In this document: piece by piece, positions 1 through 9,563 of the stretch
Layout of the letters: every line of letters starts with the position of its first letter
Position numbering within the stretch: the first letter of the stretch is position 1
Assembly (NCBI GenBank): GCA_965240325.2
Contig: OZ251237.1
Location: 620,001 to 684,000 of the forward strand
Source: Rebecca billardiae RCC1528
Taxonomy: Eukaryota > Protista > Haptophyta
Length of the DNA stretch: 64,000 nucleotides
Direction: 5' to 3'
Position numbers and translations under genes: made by a program
The notes under the pieces: generated by a model
What the model saw: the letters and a program-made list of their open reading frames with translations, nothing else
Database searches by the model: none
Told to the model about the DNA's origin: nothing

Positions 1-634
1 CTTTTTCGAGGGGTACATTCGCCCATTGCTCTGCATTAGCAAGACGCGATTGACGAAATAGCCGCGCCCGGGCCATTTCGCATATGTCGATGGACGGACG
101 TGCATTTGTCAGTATATCTGGGTGAACGAATCTGCGATTTGTTGTAAATCTTCATAGCATATTGCCAAATAGGACGAGGACCCAGCGCGTGCGCTGGAGG
201 TCCTGGGCTCCTGGCAAAAAGTCTTCGTCAAGTACTCAACTTTACTAACGACGAACCTTTATTGCGCGGTGCCAAATTACTCAACTTTACACCTGAATGA
301 CCCCAGTGGGCGGAAATGGCCATATCTCCCGGAGATCGGGAGTACTCACACGTGTGAGTCATGTTTCGTCCTTTTTCCCGAGACGTTGATTGGTCAAACG
401 CTCAGCATTCTATGTCCACAATTCCATATCGACACAACACAACTCCTACCAACCTGTGTACTAAAAACCTTGGGTTAGCTGCACAACGACCAATCAGCGC
501 GCAGCGAGCGGAGAGACTCGAAAACCGAGAATCACTCACGCATTTACTATGATGTTTGCTCTTCGCCCATGCCAACTTTGCTATTGACAAAAACGCAGCG
601 GCTTGGTTACGACCCATAGAAAGACGACCACCAA

Positions 635-1901
635 TCAGCACACAGCAAACGAGACAACCTTCACTTTCGAGCGGGCGAAAGGAGCTTTGGCCTTCAACCC
701 GCAGGCATATGCGTTCTGGCGCTGGCCTTCGTTCGGCGCCCGAGCATCATCGGTAGACGTGTGGCGTGCCGGCCCACGGTCCGCCGCCCTCGCCCTGCTC
801 ATCTTCATCGTCTCCTCATCCTCCTCGTCGTCCGCGCCGCCGCCGTGCGCCAGCGCCTCCGCCAGCGCGGCGCCGCGCAGGTGCTCGCGGAACAGCACGA
901 CGGCGCCAGAGCGCGCCGGCCGGCGTGGCGCCGGCGGGCGGGCGCGCGGCGCTCAGCGCGGTGCCGAGCAGCCCGCCGAGCGCGCGCAGCTGCGCACCCG
1001 CCGGCAGCTCGAGCAGCGCCGCGTGGCACGCGCCCGCGCCGGCGGCGCCGAGCTCCGCGCACAGCACGGACAGCCCTCGTGCCCACGCCGCCGCGCGCCC
1101 GCCCGCGCCCGCGGCGTGCAGCGCGCCGAGCGCGGCGCCGAGCGCGGCGCGCGCTGCGGACGTGTCGGCGGCGCACAGCGCACCCGCCACCGCGCCCAGT
1201 GCACACGCGGCACACGCGAGCAGCTTGAGCACGCTCGCGCATGCCAACTGCGAGTGCGGAGGCGCTGGGCGCCGAGCTGGCGAAGCGCGGCGCCGAGCTC
1301 GACGCGCTGCGCGACGCGGAGACGGACGCGCTGGGCGCGCGTGGCGCCCTCGTCGCGACGCCCCGTGCAGCAGCTCGAGCAGCCAGCTGTGGAGTAGACG
1401 GCCGTCGAGGCGATCGGCGCCGGGCGCCAGCGCGCACGGGCTCAGCCCGTGCCGCTGGCTCGGGCCGCCGCAGCCGTCTTCGAGGCCGACGCGGCGGAGG
1501 AGGCGGCGGGCGAGCACGGCGGCGCGGTGGAGCAGGCGCGCACGCGCGGCGGCAGGCGCGACGCGCCGCTCGCCTCGTTCCACCCCGAGCTCCGCTCGGT
1601 CTCGGTGCGCGGCTGCCGGCAGCGCAGGCCGGGGCAGCACTGCGCGGCGCGCGCTCTCGCTCCGTCTGCCGGCACGAGGTGCGCCGGCTGAGTGAGCGAC
1701 CAGCGGCCCGTCGTCGAGCGCATGGCGCCGCGCGAGCACGTCAAGCAGACTGTGCGCCCGCACGCGCGCACGCGCTGGCCCGCGCCGCGCGGCGCCTATC
1801 GCCCTGCCTGCGCGCGCGCGCCGCCCCGCGGCGGCCGCTTCCCCGCGCGGCGGCCCGCCGGCGACAGTCCTCGGCCCGCCGGCCCGGTGGGCGGTAACTG
1901 A
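635..1901. pseudogene. Jumbled, frameshifted gene fragments on both strands
   Basis: Minus strand has plausible helical peptide (LACASVLKLLACAACALG...LGGLLGTALSAA), which switches frame into VLFREHLRGAALAEALAHGGGADDEEDEE. Plus strand 1241-1901 has separate short plausible peptides in different frames. No continuous spliceable model found. Confidence 0.35.
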
Positions 1902-1963
1902 GTTGTGGCGGTGGCAGCTCCGAGGCAAACGAACTGTTACACATGTCCGACTGAGACAGCAGC

Positions 1964-2033
1964 CGACGGAGGGTGCACCGCGGGCCCCTAACTGCGTTGG
2001 TTCTACGGAAGGACCGCGGAACGCGGTCATATT
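1964..2033 (+). repeat. Dispersed ~70 bp repeat ending in hairpin GACCGCG-GAA-CGCGGTC, copy 1
   Basis: Near-identical to 20150-20227, with looser similarity ~100 bp further upstream. Confidence 0.85.
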
Positions 2034-2034
2034 A

Positions 2035-2082
2035 ATCATCATCATCATCATATAGATATATATCTCTCTATATCTATATCTA

Positions 2083-2123
<41 letters not shown>

Positions 2124-2131
2124 ATATAGAT
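2035..2131. repeat. Compound microsatellite (ATC)n / (TA,TATC)n / (TC)n
   Basis: Directly visible simple repeats. Confidence 0.95.
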
Positions 2132-2276
2132 CTGATGCGCGACTAGGCATATCATGATTAAACCTGCGCCGCAGACCGCCGGACGGCCTGGCACCGGGGC
2201 ACTCGCGTCGGCGGAGTCGGGTGTGCACGTGCGCCGCCTCCGCCTCGGCGTGTCGTCATCGTCATCACCGCTGTAC

Positions 2277-5200
2277 TCATTGAGGCCCCGGCGCGTCGAA
2301 GAAGCCCAGGTCGGTTACGACACTCTCCACGTCCTCGAACGTGAAGTTGAACATCACCACCCTGTTCTCCGCCATCAGCCGCATCACGTTGTTCACGATG
2401 CGCTGCCGCGGGATGCCCATCAGCCGAGCGCAGTAGATGGGCAGCGACTCGTGCTCGTCAGGCGGCGTGTTTTCGAAGTCCGCGCGGAGGCGCTGGACGG
2501 CGGGGTGCGTGTCCGCGAGCCGCCGCGCGGGCGGAGGCGCGGCGGCTTGGGCGGCCGGCATCGGCGGCGGCGGCGGCGGCGCGTGGAAGAGGGATGGCGG
2601 CGGCGGCGGCGGCGGCGCGGCGGCGCCGGCCGCGGGGTGCACGAGCCCTGCGTGTGCATGCCACTGAACCTCAAGCGGCGTGACAGGCAGGGCGGTGACC
2701 GAGCCGAGCGACGGGAGCCCCGCGGCGCCCTGCGAGGCGGGCGGCGGCTGCGGCGGCGGCGTCGGCGCGCCGCTGCCGAAAAGCGAGAGGACGTTGTCTG
2801 GGAGCCCGGCGCCCGTGGCGACAACGGGCGCAGGCGCCTGCCGCTTGTCGTTTCGTGTCTCGACGTCGTGGACCGCGGAGAAGTGCTCCTCCATGTCCCG
2901 CTCGGAGGTGCACGCGTGGCCGCACACAGGGCACTCGAACGACTGCGCGCCCTGCGCCTGGCGCTCCGCCGCCTCCTTCGCCTCCATCTGCTGGATCTGT
3001 CGCAGCGCCTCGGCAAGCTCGGGGTCCTCGGAGGCGCCGCCGCCCGGCGCGCGCGCGGCCGAGGCCGGAGGCGGCGGCGGCTGAGACTGGGCCTTGGCCG
3101 CGGCCTCGCGCGCCGCGGCCTCGCGCGCCGCCGCCTCGCGCGCCGCCGCCTCGCGCGCCGCCGCCTCGCGCGCCGCGGCCTCGCGCGCCGCCGCCTCGCG
3201 CGCCGCCGCCTCGCGCGCCGCGGCCTCGCGCGCCGCCGCCTCGCGCGCCGCCGCCTCGCGCGCCGCCGCCTCAGCGGCAGCCCGCTGCTGCGCGGCCTCC
3301 TCCTCAGCGGCGCGGCGCTGTGCCTCAGCTTGCTCGCGCGCGCGCTGCTCCTCGGCCGCCGCGGCCGCCCTGCGCGCCTCCGCCTCCGCCGCTTGCTGCT
3401 GCTGCTGCGCCTGCTGCTGCGCCTGCGCGTGCGCCTGCGCCGCGCGTGCGTCCAACGCCGCGGCCGTGGCCACGGGCTTCTTGGCGGGCATCGAGAACGG
3501 GTCGGCCATCGTGAGCGCGGCCGGCAGCGAACTCGGCGGCGGCACGCTCGGCACGTGTTGCATCGGCGCGGACGAGAAGAGCGAAGAGCTGACAGCCGAC
3601 GGCGGCGGCGGGCCGGGCGGCGGCGGCGGCGCGCCAGTCGGCAGCGCCGGCGGCGGCGGCGGCGGCTGCGACGCGACCGGCGGCGGCGGCGGCGGTGCCG
3701 ACACTGCGTTCCAGCCACCGTCGCTTCCTGCCGGCTGCGCCGCGGGCACAGACCACAGACTCTGCCCCTGCGGCTGCGGCGCACCGGGCCACTGCGACTG
3801 CGCAGCTTCGGCCGGCATCGGCACAGGCGGCGCGCCCCACTCGCCGGCGTCCGAGCTCGAGGGCGTCGCCGCGGCGCTCTGCTGTGGCGGCCCCGCGCTC
3901 CCGCTGGGCGCGCGCTGCGCTGCCGGCTGCTGCTGCGCCGGCTGCGGCCGCGGCTGCTGCGGCTGCTGCTGCTGCTGCTGCGCCGGCGGCTGCTGCGGCG
4001 CGCTCATGCACGCAGGCATGCCATACGTGGCGGCAGGCAGCACCATCCCGTCTTGAAACGGCACCTGCCGCTTTGGCAGCCCCGATGAGAAGTAGATGTA
4101 CCACTCCTGAGACACGCGGCGGGGCCATGCGGTTTCGAGTCGGGGCGCGCCGGGCCGGGTGAGGCGAGGCGCGCGGCGCGGCGTGCGCGATGGGCGCGCC
4201 GCACCCCGCCCCGGATGCACCGCGTGCTCGCGCGCGCGCGAGCGCACGCGACGGCGGCGTCGCAGTGCACCCGGCCTGGACCGCCCGCCACACGCGACAC
4301 GCGCCCGGCCGACCCCCGCTCTGCCCTTAAGCACGCGCCACCGCGCGCGCAACCGCGCGCGCGCCCGCGCGCCCGCCGGCCCAGAGCGCGCGCGCGCACG
4401 CCGCGCGCCCGCGTGCCGCGCGCGCACGTCGTGGTGAGTCTTGTGCATCCGCAGCTGCATGTCGGGGTGTTCGCGCCTCAGCGCCTCGTTGATCGCCAGT
4501 CGCGTGGAAACAGTGCGGTAGCTCCTGCTGTTGAGCGTCATGTCGCCCCGCTCGTCGATCTTCGCAACGTCGCTACTCTGCAACCTGCGCGCCCAAGCGA
4601 GCGAGCGAGCGAGGGAGGGCGCGCGAGAGCACGTGGGCGGACCGGCGCGCGCCCCGACCGCCACGCGCGCGGGTGTGCGCGGGTGTGCGCGGTGCGTGCG
4701 CGGGCATCGCGTCTCGCGCGCGCCGGCGTGCTCGCGCGCATCGGCCCCGGCCCCGGCCCTCGCCACGCGTGCGCGCGCCCCCGCCGCGCTTTGCGCCGCG
4801 CCGCCGCGCCGCGCAGCGCACCTGTAGATTACACGCCGCGGCGCGCTCGCCTGTATCCGAACGAACCGAGTCGACTTCTCAGGGGGCGCCCAGATCAGCT
4901 CCTCGCCGGCCTCCCAATCGGGCGGCGCGGGCTGCGTGGGCGCGGCGGCGTGCGCCGGCGCCGCCGGCTCCGCCGAGCCCGCCGCGCCGCCGCCGCCGCC
5001 GCCGCCGCCCTCCGCCGCCGGGCCGAGCACTGCCCCATCCTCCGAGATCAGAATTGCATCCGGCGGCGGATCGTAGTCGTTCGGCGGCGCCGGCCGCCAC
5101 GTGTGCACGCGGCCGAGCGTGAGCGAGTGGGCCTCGAGCGCCTTCTTGACCTGGTCGGCCTGGCTCGCCACGCGCGCGCGCACCGGGCCGTACGTGCGGT

Positions 5201-6962
5201 CGCCCCACGGCGGCACCTTGCCGTTGAGATTTTCGACCGCGCGCCGCGCGGAGTCGGGCGTGCGAAAATAGACGAGGGCGGAGGCGAGCTTCGGGTCGTG
5301 GTTGTGGATGAAGTGCCAGACGAAGAGGACGCCGCCGTGCTTGAAGGCGTACTCGCGCACGCCGCGCACGATGTACTCGCCGTCCGCGCCGCGCATCCCC
5401 TTCCCCACCGCCTGCACGCACAGCAGCCGCCGCGGCTCGATCACGTCGCCATTCGCCACCGTCACCACGCTTGGGTCCAAAACCCTCCGACCGTCGCGCA
5501 GAAAGTACTCCAGCCGCTGGTCGCGGATCTTCGGGTTGATCGGGTGCGGCTGCGGCGCGGCGGCGGGGTCGGCGGAGGCGGACGAGCCGCCGCGCGAGAC
5601 GCGCGGCTCGGCCGGCTCCGCGCTCGACGACTGCCGCGTCGACGCCGGCGTCTCCGAGATGGTCGACGCGGACGCGACGCGGCGCGGCGCGGCGCTCGCG
5701 GCCGCGGCGCCGCTGTCGCCCGCGCGCTGCGCGGGCGCCGCGCCGAGCGCCGGGAACTCGGACGCGTTGGCGATCGCGGCGGCGGGCGGGGTCGGCGAGG
5801 CCCGAGCCTCGGGGCTCGGCTCGCCCCCGCCCGCGCCCGCGCCCGCCGTCGGCACGATCACCGACTGGATCGTCGCCTCCGCCTCGGCCGTCAGTGAGAC
5901 GGTCGATCGACAGATCGGGCACGTGTGAACGTTCCACCGCTTCTGCGCGGCGCCGTGCGTGATCTGCCGGTTGTTCTCCTTGAGCTCGCGCGCCGCCTTG
6001 TACGCCTGCAGCAGCCACTCGTCGAGGCACGGCTGGCAGAACACGTGCTTGCACCGCATCACGCGCACCGGGTCGTCGTCTTCGAATTCTTTGAGGCAGA
6101 TCGAACACTCGCGGTCGTGTCGCTTCGCGAGCTTGCCGCCCGTCTTCCAGTGGTGCAGGGGCACCTCGTTCGCGCCGAAGACGTGGTCGAACTCCGCGCG
6201 CAGCTCGGCCGCGTGCGCGAGGTTCTCCGCCTTGCTCTTCATCTCCTGCCGCTTGCGCTCCTGCTCCTTGAGGAAGTTTCTGAAATCTTCCGCCTCGCGG
6301 TCCATCCGCTCGCGCTCCTCCCGCTCCTCCGCCTTGCGTCTTTTCTCCTCCTCCTTCCGCCGCCGGTTCTCCTCCTTGCGCTCGGCCTCGCGCGCGGCCT
6401 TCTCCGCCGCCTGCTGCTTGCGCAGCTCGGCCTCGCGCGCCACCTTCTCCGCCGCGAGCCGCGCCTCCTCCTCCGCCTGCCGCCGCTTCTCCTCCGCCCT
6501 GCGCAGCGCCTCCGCCTGCTTCTCCTCGGCCGTGAGTGCGCGCGGCTTGGACACGCGCGGCGCCGCGGGCCCGGCCTTGCGCACGGGCGGGGCGGCGAGC
6601 GGGTCCAGCTCCTCCTCGTCGCTCTCGCCATCCGTGGCCAGGTCGGGCACCGAGCTGTCGTCGCCGCTGTTGCTGCCGCCCGACTCTGCGTCAGCCGTGC
6701 GCATGCTCGCGCCGGCGGCCGGGGCGAGTGGCTTGGTGGCGGCGGCGGCGGCGGCTGTCCGCGCGGCGCCACCCGCCACGAGCGGCTTGGCGCTGGTCGG
6801 CTGCGACGATGCCGACCTGGCCCCCTGCGCCGCGGACTCCATGACGTCTGGCGGATCGTCGCTCACCACCTCCTCCTCCTCGTCGTCATCCGAGAGGAGA
6901 TCGGGAAGCGAATCGTCGTCGTCGTCGTCGTTCGCCGCGGCGGTGCGACCCGGCGGCGGCAT
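2277..6962 (-). CDS. Multidomain protein: acidic N-terminus, charged helix, RING-HC finger, RRM-like domain, Pro/Gln-rich region, (EAAAR)n helix, UIM-like motif, C2H2 finger; probable E3 ubiquitin ligase
   Basis: ATG at 6962 (MPPPGRTAAANDDDD). RING CSIC..CKHVFCQPC..CPIC; RRM-like SALVYFRTPDSARRAVENLNGK; C2H2 CPVCGHACTSERDMEEHFSAVH. GT-AG introns 4585-4821 and 4107-4427, both in frame. The part of the 2204-aa ORF upstream of 6962 is antisense shadow. Confidence 0.8.
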   Translation of the reverse strand: MPPPGRTAAANDDDDDDSLPDLLSDDDEEEEVVSDDPPDVMESAAQGARSASSQPTSAKPLVAGGAARTAAAAAATKPLAPAAGASMRTADAESGGSNSGDDSSVPDLATDGESDEEELDPLAAPPVRKAGPAAPRVSKPRALTAEEKQAEALRRAEEKRRQAEEEARLAAEKVAREAELRKQQAAEKAAREAERKEENRRRKEEEKRRKAEEREERERMDREAEDFRNFLKEQERKRQEMKSKAENLAHAAELRAEFDHVFGANEVPLHHWKTGGKLAKRHDRECSICLKEFEDDDPVRVMRCKHVFCQPCLDEWLLQAYKAARELKENNRQITHGAAQKRWNVHTCPICRSTVSLTAEAEATIQSVIVPTAGAGAGGGEPSPEARASPTPPAAAIANASEFPALGAAPAQRAGDSGAAAASAAPRRVASASTISETPASTRQSSSAEPAEPRVSRGGSSASADPAAAPQPHPINPKIRDQRLEYFLRDGRRVLDPSVVTVANGDVIEPRRLLCVQAVGKGMRGADGEYIVRGVREYAFKHGGVLFVWHFIHNHDPKLASALVYFRTPDSARRAVENLNGKVPPWGDRTYGPVRARVASQADQVKKALEAHSLTLGRVHTWRPAPPNDYDPPPDAILISEDGAVLGPAAEGGGGGGGGAAGSAEPAAPAHAAAPTQPAPPDWEAGEELIWAPPEKSTRFVRIQASAPRRVIYRCAARRGGAAQSAAGARARVARAGAGADAREHAGARETRCPRTHRAHPRTPARVAVGARAGPPTCSRAPSLARSLAWARRLQSSDVAKIDERGDMTLNSRSYRTVSTRLAINEALRREHPDMQLRMHKTHHDVRARHAGARRARARSGPAGARARARLRARWRVLKGRAGVGRARVACGGRSRPGALRRRRRVRSRAREHAVHPGRGAARPSRTPRRAPRLTRPGAPRLETAWPRRVSQEWYIYFSSGLPKRQVPFQDGMVLPAATYGMPACMSAPQQPPAQQQQQQPQQPRPQPAQQQPAAQRAPSGSAGPPQQSAAATPSSSDAGEWGAPPVPMPAEAAQSQWPGAPQPQGQSLWSVPAAQPAGSDGGWNAVSAPPPPPPVASQPPPPPPALPTGAPPPPPGPPPPSAVSSSLFSSAPMQHVPSVPPPSSLPAALTMADPFSMPAKKPVATAAALDARAAQAHAQAQQQAQQQQQAAEAEARRAAAAAEEQRAREQAEAQRRAAEEEAAQQRAAAEAAAREAAAREAAAREAAAREAAAREAAAREAAAREAAAREAAAREAAAREAAAREAAAKAQSQPPPPPASAARAPGGGASEDPELAEALRQIQQMEAKEAAERQAQGAQSFECPVCGHACTSERDMEEHFSAVHDVETRNDKRQAPAPVVATGAGLPDNVLSLFGSGAPTPPPQPPPASQGAAGLPSLGSVTALPVTPLEVQWHAHAGLVHPAAGAAAPPPPPPPSLFHAPPPPPPMPAAQAAAPPPARRLADTHPAVQRLRADFENTPPDEHESLPIYCARLMGIPRQRIVNNVMRLMAENRVVMFNFTFEDVESVVTDLGFFDAPGPQ
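3093..3272 (-). repeat. 15-bp coding tandem repeat encoding (EAAAR)11-EAAAK
   Basis: Unit CCTCGCGCGCCGC(C/G)G recurs every 15 bp from 3105 to 3255. Confidence 0.97.
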
Positions 6963-7259
6963 GGGCGCGCGAACGAAGTGTGCTGCGCTGCTCGGCAGGC
7001 TCAGCTCTGCTCGCGGGGCCAGATCGACCTGCGCACCCCGCTGCGCGCGTCGCCCCTGCACGCCACGGGGAGAGTGGGCTGCGGTCGCCTGCTTGCCTGC
7101 CCCGCGCGTGCTCCGCTGGCGTGCGTCGCGAACCGGGGCGCACCCCCCGCGCGCGCGATACACGGTTGGCCCGGAGCAAGCCCGGACTCCTTTCACCGGA
7201 CCAGTTGGCTGCGCCACCGTTGGGTGCGGGCGAGCCGAAGGGTTCAAATCGCGCGCGCC

Positions 7260-8900
7260 ATGCTCGCGGTCGGGCCGCAGCTGCGCTGTGTCGCGCTGTA
7301 CGAGGATGGGTGCTGCCGCGCGACGTTCGAGGACGAGTCGAGCGTGACGCTGAGCCCAGGCGCCACGACCTTCGCGCTCGAATCGCCCACGCTCGGCTCT
7401 GTGCGCCAGCTGACATCGTGCTGCGTCCGGGCCCATGCGCCGCTCGTCGCGCGCGCGCTCGAGTACCGCAACCGGCTCGCGGACGTGCCGGCGATCCACT
7501 GGCACCTGCTCTCGGACGAGCAGCGCGCGGCATGTGTGCCCGATCCGGGCGGCCCCGCCGTCGCGCGCTGGCCCACCCGCCTCGACGCGGCTGTCGTCGG
7601 CACGGACGGCGCGGTGCGCGTGTCGTCCCTCGATCTCAACGCCGAGCTCGTGCTCTCGCCGAGCGGTGGGCACGTGCGCGTCGAATTCCTCGCGCCCGTC
7701 CTGCGGCTCCCGCCGCTCTCGGGCACGCGCACGCCGCACGCCGCGCCCGAGCCCCCGACGCGCATGTGGTGGGTGCAGGTGTTCGCGGCGGAGTCGACTC
7801 CTCAATCGTGGCAGCACGCGCTCGAGCTCGCGCTCGCGCGCGCGGCCGCGGAGGCGTCGGCGCTCGGAGCGGCAGACGGCGCGGAGCGGGGCGAGCCGTG
7901 TGCGCACGCGGTCGACGCATGCTCGCCCGCATGGTCCCCGCGCACGGTCGAGCTGCTCGCCGGCCTCGAAGCACCGGGCGGCGAGGCGCGCATCGCGGCG
8001 CGCATCGCGGGCGGCGAGGCGCCAGACTTGTCGCTGCCAGACGGGCAGCACGTCGTGACGGCTGCCCTGGCCGTCCCGCTGAGCGCCGCGCGTGGGTTCG
8101 AGCCGACGAGCACCGCCTCGCGCGTCCGCGTCGAGCTGCGCGCCGACGCGCTCTACACGCGCCGCCCCGAGCCCGGGGCGCGCCCCGACGCGGGCGGACT
8201 CGACGTTCTGCTGCTGCACGACGATTCGTGGCTTCAGCTCGAGCGCGCGGGGCGCGTGTGGACGCACCGCTCCGCGCGCGGGGGGGGCGGACCGGCGCAC
8301 TTCGCCGCGGGCGCGGTGCCCGCGGTGGTGGGCGAGGGCGGGAGCCGGCTTGCGCTCGGGTCGATCGCTGCTGCGGGCGAGCGGATGTTGTCGGCGCGCG
8401 CGCACAGCAGTGTGCGCGCGGCGCTCGCGGCCGTGAGCTCGGCCGGCACCGCCGCCGAGCCATCGGCGCTTCTCGAGCGCGTGCACGAGGTGAGCGAGCG
8501 CGCGGCCCGCTCGAAGCTCGTGGTCGCCGAGTCGTACGTCGAAGGCGTCGGCCAGCTCGTCGCGTACGCCGACGGGCACACGCTCGGCCGCTTTGACGAC
8601 CGCACCATCGTGACGCTGCACGCGCCGGCCGAGCCGGCCACGCCGTTGGAGGACAGGCGGGTGCACGCAGTGATGCCCGACGGGCGCAGCGTGCACGCGC
8701 GCGCCGGCAGGCCGATCGGCGTGGAGGAGTACGTGCTCGTGCTCGCGCGCTTCGACGCATGGGCGCAGGCTTCGCCCGAGGCGCGGGCGCAGCACCAGCA
8801 GCTCGAGGCGGCGCGCCAGGCCGCCATTCAGGTTGCGCTGCGGAGCACCGAGCGCATGCTGCGAGTGCACGCGGTTGCGCTGCCGATGCACGCGCGCTGA
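7260..8900 (+). CDS. C5orf34-like protein (DUF4524/DUF4520 family)
   Basis: Intronless. LRCVALYEDGCCRATFEDESSVTLSPG...ARALEYRN...ARWP...VRVSSLD and ESYVEGVGQLVAYADG recall human C5orf34 (MILYEDDSV...LQLSPCG...RALDFRN...EVRWP...KITSLD; ESLIPSVGRFLAYSD). Confidence 0.8.
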   Translation: MLAVGPQLRCVALYEDGCCRATFEDESSVTLSPGATTFALESPTLGSVRQLTSCCVRAHAPLVARALEYRNRLADVPAIHWHLLSDEQRAACVPDPGGPAVARWPTRLDAAVVGTDGAVRVSSLDLNAELVLSPSGGHVRVEFLAPVLRLPPLSGTRTPHAAPEPPTRMWWVQVFAAESTPQSWQHALELALARAAAEASALGAADGAERGEPCAHAVDACSPAWSPRTVELLAGLEAPGGEARIAARIAGGEAPDLSLPDGQHVVTAALAVPLSAARGFEPTSTASRVRVELRADALYTRRPEPGARPDAGGLDVLLLHDDSWLQLERAGRVWTHRSARGGGGPAHFAAGAVPAVVGEGGSRLALGSIAAAGERMLSARAHSSVRAALAAVSSAGTAAEPSALLERVHEVSERAARSKLVVAESYVEGVGQLVAYADGHTLGRFDDRTIVTLHAPAEPATPLEDRRVHAVMPDGRSVHARAGRPIGVEEYVLVLARFDAWAQASPEARAQHQQLEAARQAAIQVALRSTERMLRVHAVALPMHAR

Positions 8901-9144
8901 CTACTACGGACTACAAGTCTGGCGTGGCTGACTCGTCGTCATGTGTCCGGCGCTCGGCGGCGCTGATGCCTGATGTCGATGAGCCAGTCCGTGGAGCGTC
9001 GTGACCCGTGTCTGAAAGAGTGAGTGAGTGATACAATGCTAGCAGCTAGCGGTAAGCGGCCTGTAGCAGCTAGGCCTAGCAGCAGGTATAAATAAGTTAA
9101 ATGGCGATACGAATAATTATTGTTATAGAGAAGTAGGCGTAGCT

Positions 9145-9272
9145 TAGAGAGAGTCAGAGATGAGAGAGAGACGGAGTGACAGAGAGACTAGATAGAGTCT
9201 AGAGAGAGACTATCTCTGACTAGTCTGAGATCGAGATGAGAGACTGAGAGAGAGAGAGAGACGAGAGAGAGT
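9145..9272. repeat. Degenerate (GA)n tract in an AT-rich convergent spacer
   Basis: Interrupted AGAGAG runs between two gene 3' ends. Confidence 0.8.
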
Positions 9273-9563
9273 CGTCACTCATCAGTCCGAATTCAGTGCG
9301 CATGAGTACTGATAGGTACGTACTATACTGACTCAGTCTAAGTATTGCCGCTTATTTATTGGCGGATAGTATGACAGGATAGCAGCAGTGTGGGCAGTTG
9401 TATTGCCAAAAGCCCGTTTTGACTACCGTGGTCAGTTGTAAATATTATTGCCGTTTTCAGTCGTAGTATGAGTCATTCTGCAGATATATGCGACGAGGTC
9501 CCAGGCTAGCAGTGGCCCGCTCAGGCGACCGGAGCCGGGACTCGGAGCGGTCCGCTCTGGCGT

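Noticed and set aside
1-720. Lower-GC segment with TACTCAACTTTAC twice, possibly a transposon end
   Set aside because: Truncated by the window edge; no partner terminus or ORF visible.
7238-7252. B-box-like GGTTCAAATC suggesting a tRNA
   Set aside because: No cloverleaf or A-box; it lies just before an ATG. No tRNA or rRNA was recognised anywhere in the window.
2277-8891. 2204-aa minus ORF overlapping a 991-aa plus ORF as a giant or overlapping gene pair
   Set aside because: Explained by two divergent genes, stop-free introns and stop-poor antisense frames in very GC-rich DNA.
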